From: Sandaracinaceae bacterium
GTDB lineage: Bacteria; Myxococcota_A; Polyangia; Polyangiales; Sandaracinaceae
NCBI GenBank assembly: GCA_044220955.1
Contig: JBGAQA010000002.1
Location: forward strand, 1-64,000
DNA: 64,000 nt
Reading direction: 5' to 3'
The position numbers and the translations under genes are program-made. Position 1 is the stretch's first letter; the number at the start of each line of letters is the position of its first letter. The notes under the pieces were generated by a model. The model did not search any database, was not told where the DNA came from, and saw nothing but the letters and a program-made list of their open reading frames with translations. Of this stretch, positions 38,365-46,762 are shown in pieces.

Positions 38365-40626
38365 TCAGAACCCGGGATCGCTGACCACGGTCGGACGGCT
38401 CGTGGTGGTCGGCGGCGGACGCGCGCCGGTCGTCGGCGGACGCGTCCCCGTCGTCGGCGGACGCGTCCCCGTCGTCGGCGGACGCGTCCCCGTCGTCGGC
38501 GGGCGCACGCGCGTCGCGGGAGGCGTCGTGTGCGCGGACGTCACGGGAGGCGTCGTGCGCGTCGGGGGCGGCTCGACGTGGGTGGGCGGGGGCGGCTCGA
38601 CGTGCGCGAGCACCGTCGGCGGCGGTGGAGGAGCGATCTCCGCGACCGTCGGCGGCGGGGCGACGACGCTCGTCGGCGGCGGGGCGACGACGCTCGTCGG
38701 CGGCGGGGCGACGACGCTCGTCGGCGGCGGCGCCGTGACGGTCAGCGTGTGCCCGGTCGTCGTCGTCGGCGGCGGCGGCGACTGCATGGCTCCATACCCG
38801 AGCCACGAGACGAGCGCGAGCACGACCGCGCCTGCGACCGCGACGGGGAGCACCCACGCTGGACGGCCACCGGCTCCTCCGAGAGAGGGCTCGTCGTCGT
38901 CCAGCGAGGGCGGGGGCGGCGAAGGGGGCGCGTCGTCGTCGAACGGCGGAACGGGGAGCGCGTTGCCATCGGCCGATGCGCTGGCGGTCTCCCCCACGCC
39001 GCGAGCGAGCTCGCCCCGCAGCTCGTCCTCGCCGGGCGCCTCGGAGGACGGCGGCGGCTTCGCCTCGGACGGCGGCGGCGGCGGCTTCGCCTCGGACGGC
39101 GGCGGCGGCGGCTTCGCCTCGGACGGCGGCGGCGGCGGTGCGGGGGCGGGGGCCGGCCTCCATCCAGACCCATGGACGAGCGGCGCCTCCGACTCCGCCG
39201 CGACGGACGCCTCGCCAGGACCGGGCGTGGCGTCCGGTCCGGGCGGGGGCGCTGCGGCCTCGGGCGGCAGGCTCTGCAGCTCCGCGGCGTCGAGCTCGGG
39301 CGCGCCGCCGTCGGAGGGAGGCAGCGACGTGGTCTCGAGCTCGCTGACGTCCAGCTCCTCGGTCGAGCGGTGCGACGTCGCGGACGGTCTTGGCAGGCCC
39401 GGAGCTCTCGGGGGTGGCTGGGGCGTGCTCGTCGCGCTCGACGCAGCCGCGCGCTCGGCGTCTGCGGCCGCGATGGCCGGCAGGAGATCCGTGATCTCGA
39501 TCTCCTGCGTCGTGCGCGTCGGGGGCTGGCCCTCGGCGTCGGCCTCGGGCGCCTTCGGCGGAGGCTGCGGCGTGCTCGTCGCGCTCGGCGCCTTCGGCGG
39601 AGGCTGCGGCGTGCTCGTCGCGCCCGGCGCCTTCGGCGCGCCCGGCTTGGAGAACACGGCGCCGACCTTGCCAGGCGACGGGATCCGCGCGCCGCCGAGC
39701 CCAGCCGCGGGCTTCGGGAGGCTCGCACCGCGCGGGAGCGCCGGAGCGGGCGGATCGCCGATGCCCGAGCGCGGGCCGAGCGGCACCTGCGTCGTCGCGA
39801 TCGCGCGCGCGAGCGTCCCCGCCGTCTTGAGCGCACGACCGAAGGCGGCGACGTCGACGAAGCGCTTCTTCGGATCCGAGGAGAGCGCACGATCGAACGT
39901 CGAGGCGAAGGGGGCGAGCTCGCGGCGGACCGTGGTCAAGAGCGGGGCCTTCTCGGTCCCGATCGCGGCGCTGAGCGCGGCGACGTCGCGCGCGACGTGC
40001 GGCGGGCGGCCGCCGAGCGCCGCGTACAGGAGCGCCGCGAGCGAGGCCTGATCCGCGAGCGGACCGTCGAGCACGTCGCCGCGCGCCTGCTCGGGCGCCG
40101 CGTACGCGATCGGCCCGAGCGAGGGCAAGGACATGCGGACGCCGAGCTCCTGCCGGAGCGACGCGCGGTTGAGCGCGAACCCGATCAGCTTCGGCACCTC
40201 CTTGCCGCCCTCGTCGACGAGCAGCACGTTGCCCGGCTCGACGTCGCCGTGTGCGATGCCCGCGGCGTGGACGATCGCGAGCGCCTCGGCGAGCGCGAGC
40301 CCGATCTCGACGACGCGCGCGACCGTGGGCGAGGGGCCGGACTCGAGGCGCGCGGTCATGCTCTCGCCGACGAGGCGCTCGAGGACGAGATAGGGCACCC
40401 CACCCTCGTCGCCCTCGGCGATCGCGCGCACCAGGCTCGGATGCGAGGCCTTCACGAGCGCCTTGGCGTGCGCGCGGAAGCGCTCCTGTAGCGCCGCGGG
40501 CGCGTCCGCCTCGAGCGTGACGACGACGAGCGGAGTCCCCGTCTCGTCGTGGGCGTTCCACACGGTGCCGAGGTCACTGTCGCCGAGAGGTACGTCGAGC
40601 GTGTATCGTCCCGCGAGCAGGGTCAC
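38365..40626 (-). CDS. Ser/Thr kinase-like protein, probable pseudokinase, with TM and Pro/Thr repeats
   Basis: Kinase fold order (RY..., HP.LV, YLVLE, HGDVEPGN, YAAPEQ) with degenerate catalytic motifs. Confidence 0.8.
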   Translation of the reverse strand: MTLLAGRYTLDVPLGDSDLGTVWNAHDETGTPLVVVTLEADAPAALQERFRAHAKALVKASHPSLVRAIAEGDEGGVPYLVLERLVGESMTARLESGPSPTVARVVEIGLALAEALAIVHAAGIAHGDVEPGNVLLVDEGGKEVPKLIGFALNRASLRQELGVRMSLPSLGPIAYAAPEQARGDVLDGPLADQASLAALLYAALGGRPPHVARDVAALSAAIGTEKAPLLTTVRRELAPFASTFDRALSSDPKKRFVDVAAFGRALKTAGTLARAIATTQVPLGPRSGIGDPPAPALPRGASLPKPAAGLGGARIPSPGKVGAVFSKPGAPKAPGATSTPQPPPKAPSATSTPQPPPKAPEADAEGQPPTRTTQEIEITDLLPAIAAADAERAAASSATSTPQPPPRAPGLPRPSATSHRSTEELDVSELETTSLPPSDGGAPELDAAELQSLPPEAAAPPPGPDATPGPGEASVAAESEAPLVHGSGWRPAPAPAPPPPPSEAKPPPPPSEAKPPPPPSEAKPPPSSEAPGEDELRGELARGVGETASASADGNALPVPPFDDDAPPSPPPPSLDDDEPSLGGAGGRPAWVLPVAVAGAVVLALVSWLGYGAMQSPPPPTTTTGHTLTVTAPPPTSVVAPPPTSVVAPPPTSVVAPPPTVAEIAPPPPPTVLAHVEPPPPTHVEPPPTRTTPPVTSAHTTPPATRVRPPTTGTRPPTTGTRPPTTGTRPPTTGARPPPTTTSRPTVVSDPGF

Positions 40627-40652
40627 CCCACGTTTCTACCAGAGGCTCCGGC

Positions 40653-41381
40653 ATGAAAGCAGTACTCCCGCTCGTTCTGTTGGCACTGCTCGCGCTGACC
40701 TTCCCGGCCGGCGCCCAGGACGCCGACCCCGCCGTCCGGGCGCGCGCGCTCTTCGCGGAGGGCGTCGAGCTCGCCGGGCAGTCGCACTATGCCGAGGCCG
40801 CGTCGCGCTTCCGGGAGGCCCTCACGCTGAGGGATGCCCCGACGATTCGCTACAACCTGGCCTCGACGCTCTACGAGGAGCACCAGTACACGGAGGCCCA
40901 CGAGCTGGCCGCCGGCCTGCTCGCCCAGCCCGATCTCCCCGAGTCGGTGCGCACGCCGACCGCCGCGCTGGAGCTCCAGATCGGGGCCGCCGCGGGCTTC
41001 GCGACGTTCGTACTGCCCGAGGGCGTCTCGGGCGACGTGCAGGTCGACGACATCCCCGTGGCCGATCCCTCGCGGACGACGGCGCTCGCGCCCGGCCGCC
41101 ACGAGGTACGGGCCGTGGCCGACGGGGTCACGGTCGCCCACGCGACCTTCGAGATCGGGGCGGGAGTGCGCCACGAGGTGCCGCTCGAGGCCGGCGGTGC
41201 CGCGCAGGCACAGAGCAGCGGGCCGGAGGGGCCCGTGACCGATCAGTGGTGGTTCTGGACGGCGATCGGCGGCGGGGTCGTCGTGCTGACCGTCGTGATC
41301 GGGGTCGCGGCCGGCGTGGCCGATCACGACGCACACCAGCCCATCGCCGGGAACTTCTCGCCGGGTATCATCTCGTGGTGA
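40653..41381 (+). CDS. TPR + PEGA-like secreted/membrane protein
   Basis: Signal peptide; ARALFAEG...YNLA TPR; LAPGRHEV; C-terminal WWFW + TM. Confidence 0.8.
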   Translation: MKAVLPLVLLALLALTFPAGAQDADPAVRARALFAEGVELAGQSHYAEAASRFREALTLRDAPTIRYNLASTLYEEHQYTEAHELAAGLLAQPDLPESVRTPTAALELQIGAAAGFATFVLPEGVSGDVQVDDIPVADPSRTTALAPGRHEVRAVADGVTVAHATFEIGAGVRHEVPLEAGGAAQAQSSGPEGPVTDQWWFWTAIGGGVVVLTVVIGVAAGVADHDAHQPIAGNFSPGIISW

Positions 41382-42265
41382 CGACCTCACGCTGGCTGTG
41401 CGCCACCTCGTTCTCGCTGCTCTGCGCGGCGCTCGCCGCGGGGTGCGCGCAGCGCACGGAGGTGATCATCGCCGTCGAGTCGGACATCCCGACGCTCGAC
41501 CGCATCAACATCGTGGTCACGAGCCCGACCGGCGCCATGCAGTCGTCGGGCGCGACGTTCGGCACCGGACCGATGGGCTTCGTCCGCACGCTCGGGGTCA
41601 CGTGGTCGAGCGGTCCGCTCGGGCCCTTCGTCGCGACGGCGACGGGATCGACCTCGGGCCGCGACATCGTCGCGCGGACGGCGGCCTTCGAGTTCGTCCA
41701 GGGCCAGACCCGCGTGCTCCGCCTGGACCTGCTGGCGAGCTGCCGAGGGGTGGTGTGCGGTGCCGGACAGACGTGCGGCGAGACAGGCTGCCGCGCACAG
41801 ACGGTCTCGTCCTCGGAGCTCGAGCCGTACAACGGGACGATCGCCTCCCACGACGCCGGCAGCGCGACCGACGGCGGCATCCCGCCGAGCGACACGGGGA
41901 CCGACGCATTCGTCCCGCCCGTCGTCGACAGCGGCGCGTGCAGCACGCCCGAGACGTGCAACATGATGGACGACGACTGCGACGGTAGGGTCGACGAGGA
42001 CTTCATGCTCGCGACCGACACGAACAACTGCGGGCGCTGCGGGAACGTCTGCATGCTGCCGAACAGCACGGCGCCCACCTGTATCTCCGGACGCTGCGTC
42101 ATCGGGACGTGCGATCCGGGCTTCCAGAACTGCGACGGCCGCAACTCGACCGGCTGCGAGAGCGTCGCGGCCACGGACGTGGACAACTGCGGCCTGTGCA
42201 ACCGACGCTGCGGCGGCGGGACGCGCATGTGCTGCGCGGGGATGTGCGCGGCGAGCTGTCCGTGA
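41378..42265 (+). CDS. Cys-rich lipoprotein (DxNNCGxCG repeats)
   Basis: GTGA overlap; LAAGC lipobox; TDTNNCGRCGNVC, TDVDNCGLCNRRC. Confidence 0.8.
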   Translation: MTTSRWLCATSFSLLCAALAAGCAQRTEVIIAVESDIPTLDRINIVVTSPTGAMQSSGATFGTGPMGFVRTLGVTWSSGPLGPFVATATGSTSGRDIVARTAAFEFVQGQTRVLRLDLLASCRGVVCGAGQTCGETGCRAQTVSSSELEPYNGTIASHDAGSATDGGIPPSDTGTDAFVPPVVDSGACSTPETCNMMDDDCDGRVDEDFMLATDTNNCGRCGNVCMLPNSTAPTCISGRCVIGTCDPGFQNCDGRNSTGCESVAATDVDNCGLCNRRCGGGTRMCCAGMCAASCP

Positions 42266-42423
42266 CGCCGGGGCCGAGGGGCCGGCCGCGGGAGCGGTGA
42301 GCGGTTCGCCGACGTGCGGCGCCCCCTCGATCCGCAGCGCCGCTCACTGCGCGCGAGCGCACCCGGACGGCCCGGTCTGCGGGTGCAGCGCCGCTCCATG
42401 AAGCCGGATCGCCGCGGCCGGGC

Positions 42424-43020
42424 TCACTCGGGACGGAGGTGCACGACGCGGTCCCCCGTGCCGGTGACCGCGACGTCGACGAGCGCGCCGTTCGCGAGAG
42501 CCCGGATCGAGGTCTCGGTCCCGCCCTCGAGCGCCAGCGACGCTTCGCTCCCCGTGGCGCCGAGCATGGCGCTCCCGTGCTCCCCGGTCGCCCGGACGAC
42601 GCCCACGCCGCCGCCCTCGATCGATATCTCCGCCCGAACCGTGCCGCTGCCATTCGCGACCGCGATCGAGCCGAGGTCCATAGACGCGTGGCGTCCATCC
42701 TCGCCGGCGATCGACACCTGGCCCGGGGCCAGGCTCAGCCCGAGCTCTCCCTCGCGGACGAACGCCTCACCCGCGGCGAATCGAGCGGAGCGTGAGCCGT
42801 TCTCGACCCACAGCCCGTCCGCGGTGAGTCGGACGCGCCGGAGGCCGTCGTCCGAAGCGAGCTCGATGGCGCTCGGCGCCGGCGGCGGCGCCCCGTTGCA
42901 TGCCACCGCGCTGACGACGCCGGCGGCGAGGAGGAAGGTCAGCCTCCAGCGACGCACCTCCCGCTCGAGGTGCGCCACGCGCGTCTCCAGGTGCCCGAGC
43001 TCCGTCACGGTGGGTTCCAT
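42424..43020 (-). CDS. Hypothetical membrane-anchored protein
   Basis: Short coiled coil LETRVAHLERE, hydrophobic segment, beta-rich repeats. Confidence 0.6.
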   Translation of the reverse strand: MEPTVTELGHLETRVAHLEREVRRWRLTFLLAAGVVSAVACNGAPPPAPSAIELASDDGLRRVRLTADGLWVENGSRSARFAAGEAFVREGELGLSLAPGQVSIAGEDGRHASMDLGSIAVANGSGTVRAEISIEGGGVGVVRATGEHGSAMLGATGSEASLALEGGTETSIRALANGALVDVAVTGTGDRVVHLRPE

Positions 43021-43148
43021 TGGCGCAGCCTAGGCTCACCCGCGAAGACGAAGCCAGTTCGCGCAGCGCGTCTGCGGCGAGCGGGTCCGCGATGTCCTTC
43101 GTGGTGCGTCCTACCGCGGCGGCCCAGGGGCTGCCCCGAGGGCGCGCG

Positions 43149-43838
43149 TCAGGGCACGGGCGAGAACGACACGTCGTCGTAGGTCACGCGCCCCGGGTAG
43201 TGGCCGCTGAGCCAGATCACCGCGCGGTGCGCGTTCGGCGGCGCGACGAGGTCCCAGCTCAGATCGGTGAAGTCGTAGTTCACGTCGACGGGGCGCGGGT
43301 TCTTCTCGTCGCCGAAGACCGCGTCGCTCGCGTCGAGCCACTGCAGACCGATCACGAACCACGCGGCCGGGTTGTCCTGGCGCTCGGCGCGCACGTGCGC
43401 ACTGATGCGGTAGGTCCGGCCGGGTGTGACGGTCGAGTAGTCCGTGAAGCTCTGGATCGCGGTGCAGTCCCAGCTGCCCATCGCGTCGATCGCGAGCGCA
43501 CTCCCGCCGCAGCGCGGCTCGCCGGCGACGATCGCGAGGTGTCCGCCACCGCACGCGGCCGCGGTGCTGGGCGAGCGGATCTGCCAGGTCGGCGGCACGT
43601 CGCCGGCGAGACCGTCCTCGAAGCGACCGTCGATCAGGTCGCCGGGCGGCGAGCCGCAGGGAACGGGCCCCGCGTCGGGGAGCGTCGCCGCGTCGATCCG
43701 GGCGTCGGCCCACGCCGCGTCGGCGGAGGACGCGTCCGCGGCGAAGGCGTCCATGCCGGCGCCGCCGTCCGACGTCCGTGGGGTCGGACCCGAGCATCCG
43801 GCGACCAGGAAGAGCACGAACGCCGCCGCGACTCGCAC
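43149..43838 (-). CDS. Lipoprotein with CBM4/9-like jelly-roll domain
   Basis: LVAGC lipobox; LIDGRFEDG, VTPGRTYRISAHVR, YDDVSF. Confidence 0.7.
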   Translation of the reverse strand: MRVAAAFVLFLVAGCSGPTPRTSDGGAGMDAFAADASSADAAWADARIDAATLPDAGPVPCGSPPGDLIDGRFEDGLAGDVPPTWQIRSPSTAAACGGGHLAIVAGEPRCGGSALAIDAMGSWDCTAIQSFTDYSTVTPGRTYRISAHVRAERQDNPAAWFVIGLQWLDASDAVFGDEKNPRPVDVNYDFTDLSWDLVAPPNAHRAVIWLSGHYPGRVTYDDVSFSPVP

Positions 43839-44090
43839 GCGCCCAGCGTATCGCGAGGGCGAGAGCGAGTCAGCGTCGACTGGCGGCGCTCGGTGTCGCG
43901 CGGGAGCTCGGCGCGTGCGCCGACGTCGCGAGCGAGCCCGTCGTCGCGATCGACGCGGCGAAGTGGACGACGATGGCGGGGCTCGGGAGCGAGGGCGGGC
44001 CCGACGTCTCGTCGGGGTCTCGAGGCGTCCCCACGCCCGGTCACGGACGACGACGCCCTCCCGGCGCTCGGGCTGTGCGAGGATGGGCAC

Positions 44091-44354
44091 ATGCAGGACG
44101 CTCCGCACTATCTCCGCTTCGCTCGCTCGCTCGCCCTCGTGTCCGTCGCGCTCGCGACCTCGGCCTGTGGGCAGAGCACCGGTAGCAGCTGCAGCATGCA
44201 GGGGCAGGCCTGCACCATCGGCCAGACGTCGACAGCCGCGTGCTGCGTCTGCACCGCGCCCTCGACCGAGGCCGGCCCGCCGCCGGACGGAGGCGCCGGC
44301 ACGTGGGTCTCGCCCTGCATCGGACCGCTCTGCCCGCCCGAGCTCTCCGCGTAA
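44091..44354 (+). CDS. Small Cys-rich lipoprotein ending GPLCPPELSA
   Basis: ATSAC lipobox; 87 aa; 8 Cys. Confidence 0.7.
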   Translation: MQDAPHYLRFARSLALVSVALATSACGQSTGSSCSMQGQACTIGQTSTAACCVCTAPSTEAGPPPDGGAGTWVSPCIGPLCPPELSA

Positions 44355-44453
44355 CCTGCTCGCGGTACGACGTACCGTGCCCTCCGGTGGCCCGCCCAGC
44401 AGAGTGGCGACTTGCCGCTTCGATGTCTCGGCGCTAGGCGAGCCAGGGGGATC

Positions 44454-45203
44454 ATGAAAGAGGAACGCTTCGACGAAGCGGTCGCAGTCACTCGCGACAT
44501 TCACTGGGTAGGCTTCTACGACGAGCAGGCGCGGTTGCACTGCAACCCGTACTTGCTCATCGACGACGACGAGGCCGTGCTCTTCGACCCAGGATCAATC
44601 CCCGATTTCGCCGTCTCGATGCGCAAGGTCATCGACATGGTCCGACCCTCGGAGATCTCGACGATCGTTGCCTCGCACCAGGATCCCGACGTGTGCGGCA
44701 ACCTCGCGATCGTCGAAGACGTCATCGACCGCCCCGACCTACGCGTGGTGGCCCACTCACGAACGATACGGCTGATCCGGCACCTCGGACCGCGCTCGGA
44801 GTTGTGGGCGTGCGATGAGCACGACAACGTGCTCACGCTGCGCAGCGGGCGCGTTCTACGGTTTCTGCCGACGCCCTACTTGCATGCGCCAGGTGCTATC
44901 GCGACCTATGACGAACGAACGCGCTCGCTGTTCACGAGCGACCTCTTCGGCGGCGTCTCCTCGAGTTGGTCTCTGTTCGCGCGTGGTGACTTCCTCGGCG
45001 CTATGACGGCATGGCACCAGGAGTACATGCCGTCTGGCGCGCTGCTTCGGCAGGGGCTCGCGCGCCTTCAGGCGCTCGCGCTCGACCGCGTGCTGCCTCA
45101 GCACGGCTCGGTGCTCGAGGGAGAGCAGATCGGACAAGCGTTCGAGCATCTGAAGAACCTTCGCTGCGGCGTCGATCTCGAAGACGACGCGGTGGCGCAC
45201 TGA
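44454..45203 (+). CDS. Metallo-beta-lactamase-fold di-iron protein (ODP/FprA N-domain-like)
   Basis: CNPYL, SHQDPDVCG, PTPYLHAPG, SDLFG, PQHGS; no flavodoxin domain. Confidence 0.8.
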   Translation: MKEERFDEAVAVTRDIHWVGFYDEQARLHCNPYLLIDDDEAVLFDPGSIPDFAVSMRKVIDMVRPSEISTIVASHQDPDVCGNLAIVEDVIDRPDLRVVAHSRTIRLIRHLGPRSELWACDEHDNVLTLRSGRVLRFLPTPYLHAPGAIATYDERTRSLFTSDLFGGVSSSWSLFARGDFLGAMTAWHQEYMPSGALLRQGLARLQALALDRVLPQHGSVLEGEQIGQAFEHLKNLRCGVDLEDDAVAH

Positions 45204-45209
45204 GGGGCC

Positions 45210-46712
45210 ATGGCGGTGGATGTTCGAACCGAAGGCATCCGCAATCTCGCCGCGATCCAGAGCACGAACCGCGGACTGGTCGAGCGCGCGCTGCACATGC
45301 GCGCGGTGAGTTACCTCGCTCAACAGAAGGCGAGCCTGCTGACGCAGACGATCTTCGAGATCGATCGCAGCAAAGAGCACCTGCGCGAGCACTCGCGCGT
45401 CCTGGCAGAGAAGCAGGAGACGATTCGCCAACAGAAGTCCGATCTCGAGGCTCGCACCGCGGCGCTGGAGGAGATCCGGCGCACGCTCGAAGACCGTGTA
45501 AGACAGCGCACTCGAGAACTCGAAGGCGCGAACGCCGCGCTACGGGAGAGCGCCGCCGAGCGCCAGATCCTCAACGCGAAGTTCCTGCGCGCACAGAAGC
45601 ACGAGGTGCTGGGCCGGCTGGCCGGGGGTGTGGCCCACGACTTCAACAACCTGCTCACGATCATCCTGGGGAGCACGCAGCTGGCGCTGATCGAGGGCGA
45701 TCGGGGCGAGACGCAGAAGTTGCTCGGTGACGCGATCGACGCGTGCGCTCGCGGCGCGGCGCTGACCCGGCAGATGCTCTCGTTCGCCGGCAGGCAGGTG
45801 CAGGCGCCCGTCGTCATCGCACCCGCCGCCGTGGTGAACGAGTTCGCGCAGCTGCTGCGACGCTCGCTGGGCGAAGCGGTGACGCTCCAGCTCGACGTCG
45901 ACCCCGACGCAGGGAACGTCTTGGCAGCGGTCACCGGGCTGGAGCAGGTGTTGCTCAACCTCGTGGTCAACGCGCGGGATGCGATGCCAAAGGGCGGGAC
46001 GATTCTCGTGGCCGTGCGCCGCGTGGAGCGAGCGCTGAACGGATCGCCGCCGCACGGCGCGTGTGTGGAGCTGCAGGTCACGGACACCGGCGAGGGTATG
46101 AGCCCCGAGGTCGTCGCCCATGTCTTCGAGCCGTTCTTCACGACCAAGGCGCCCGGTGTCGGCACGGGGCTCGGACTTGCCACCGTCGAGGCGATCGTGC
46201 GCGAGTGCAACGGCTTCGTCAGCGTCGAGAGCCGCGTCGGTGGTGGCACCACCTTCCGCGTGCACCTGCCGCTGGTCGTCGCCGCGAGCGACGTCGACCC
46301 GTCCGCCCGTCCCTCGCTGAGCACGCCGCGCGGAACCGAGTCCGTGCTCGTCGTCGACGACGACCTGAGCGTGCTGGACGTAGTGCGCCGCATGCTGCAG
46401 ACGCTCGGCTACCACGTGCTGTGCGCCGAAAGCGTCGCCGTCGCGACAGAGATCCTCGTGCGTGAACGCATCGATCTGCTCTTGCTCGACAGCGTGATGC
46501 CGTGCGGATCGCGCGAGGACTTCGAGGGCGTTGTCATGCAGCGATGGCCGGACACCCGAATCGTGCTGATGTCCGGCTACGCGGACCGCGCGCGAGTCCT
46601 GGATGCCGCGGGGCGCCCCCTGCCCTTCCTCGAGAAGCCGATCGAGTTCGCACGCCTCGCGACCGCCGTCCGTATGGAGCTCGATCGCGCCGCCGCTCCT
46701 GCGCGCCGCTGA
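45210..46712 (+). CDS. Cytoplasmic hybrid histidine kinase/receiver
   Basis: AHDFNNLL, NLVVNARDA, DTGEG, FEPFFTTK, GTGLGL; receiver VVDDD..LLDSVMP..SGY..KP. Confidence 0.95.
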   Translation: MAVDVRTEGIRNLAAIQSTNRGLVERALHMRAVSYLAQQKASLLTQTIFEIDRSKEHLREHSRVLAEKQETIRQQKSDLEARTAALEEIRRTLEDRVRQRTRELEGANAALRESAAERQILNAKFLRAQKHEVLGRLAGGVAHDFNNLLTIILGSTQLALIEGDRGETQKLLGDAIDACARGAALTRQMLSFAGRQVQAPVVIAPAAVVNEFAQLLRRSLGEAVTLQLDVDPDAGNVLAAVTGLEQVLLNLVVNARDAMPKGGTILVAVRRVERALNGSPPHGACVELQVTDTGEGMSPEVVAHVFEPFFTTKAPGVGTGLGLATVEAIVRECNGFVSVESRVGGGTTFRVHLPLVVAASDVDPSARPSLSTPRGTESVLVVDDDLSVLDVVRRMLQTLGYHVLCAESVAVATEILVRERIDLLLLDSVMPCGSREDFEGVVMQRWPDTRIVLMSGYADRARVLDAAGRPLPFLEKPIEFARLATAVRMELDRAAAPARR

Positions 46713-46762
46713 GCGCGCCCGGGTCGTGTCGCGCGACCACGATCCCGTGGAAGCGATCGCGG

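Noticed and set aside
38400..39140. 21-27-nt tandem repeats resembling an array
   Set aside because: No unique spacers and no cas genes; they are in-frame Pro/Thr coding repeats, not CRISPR
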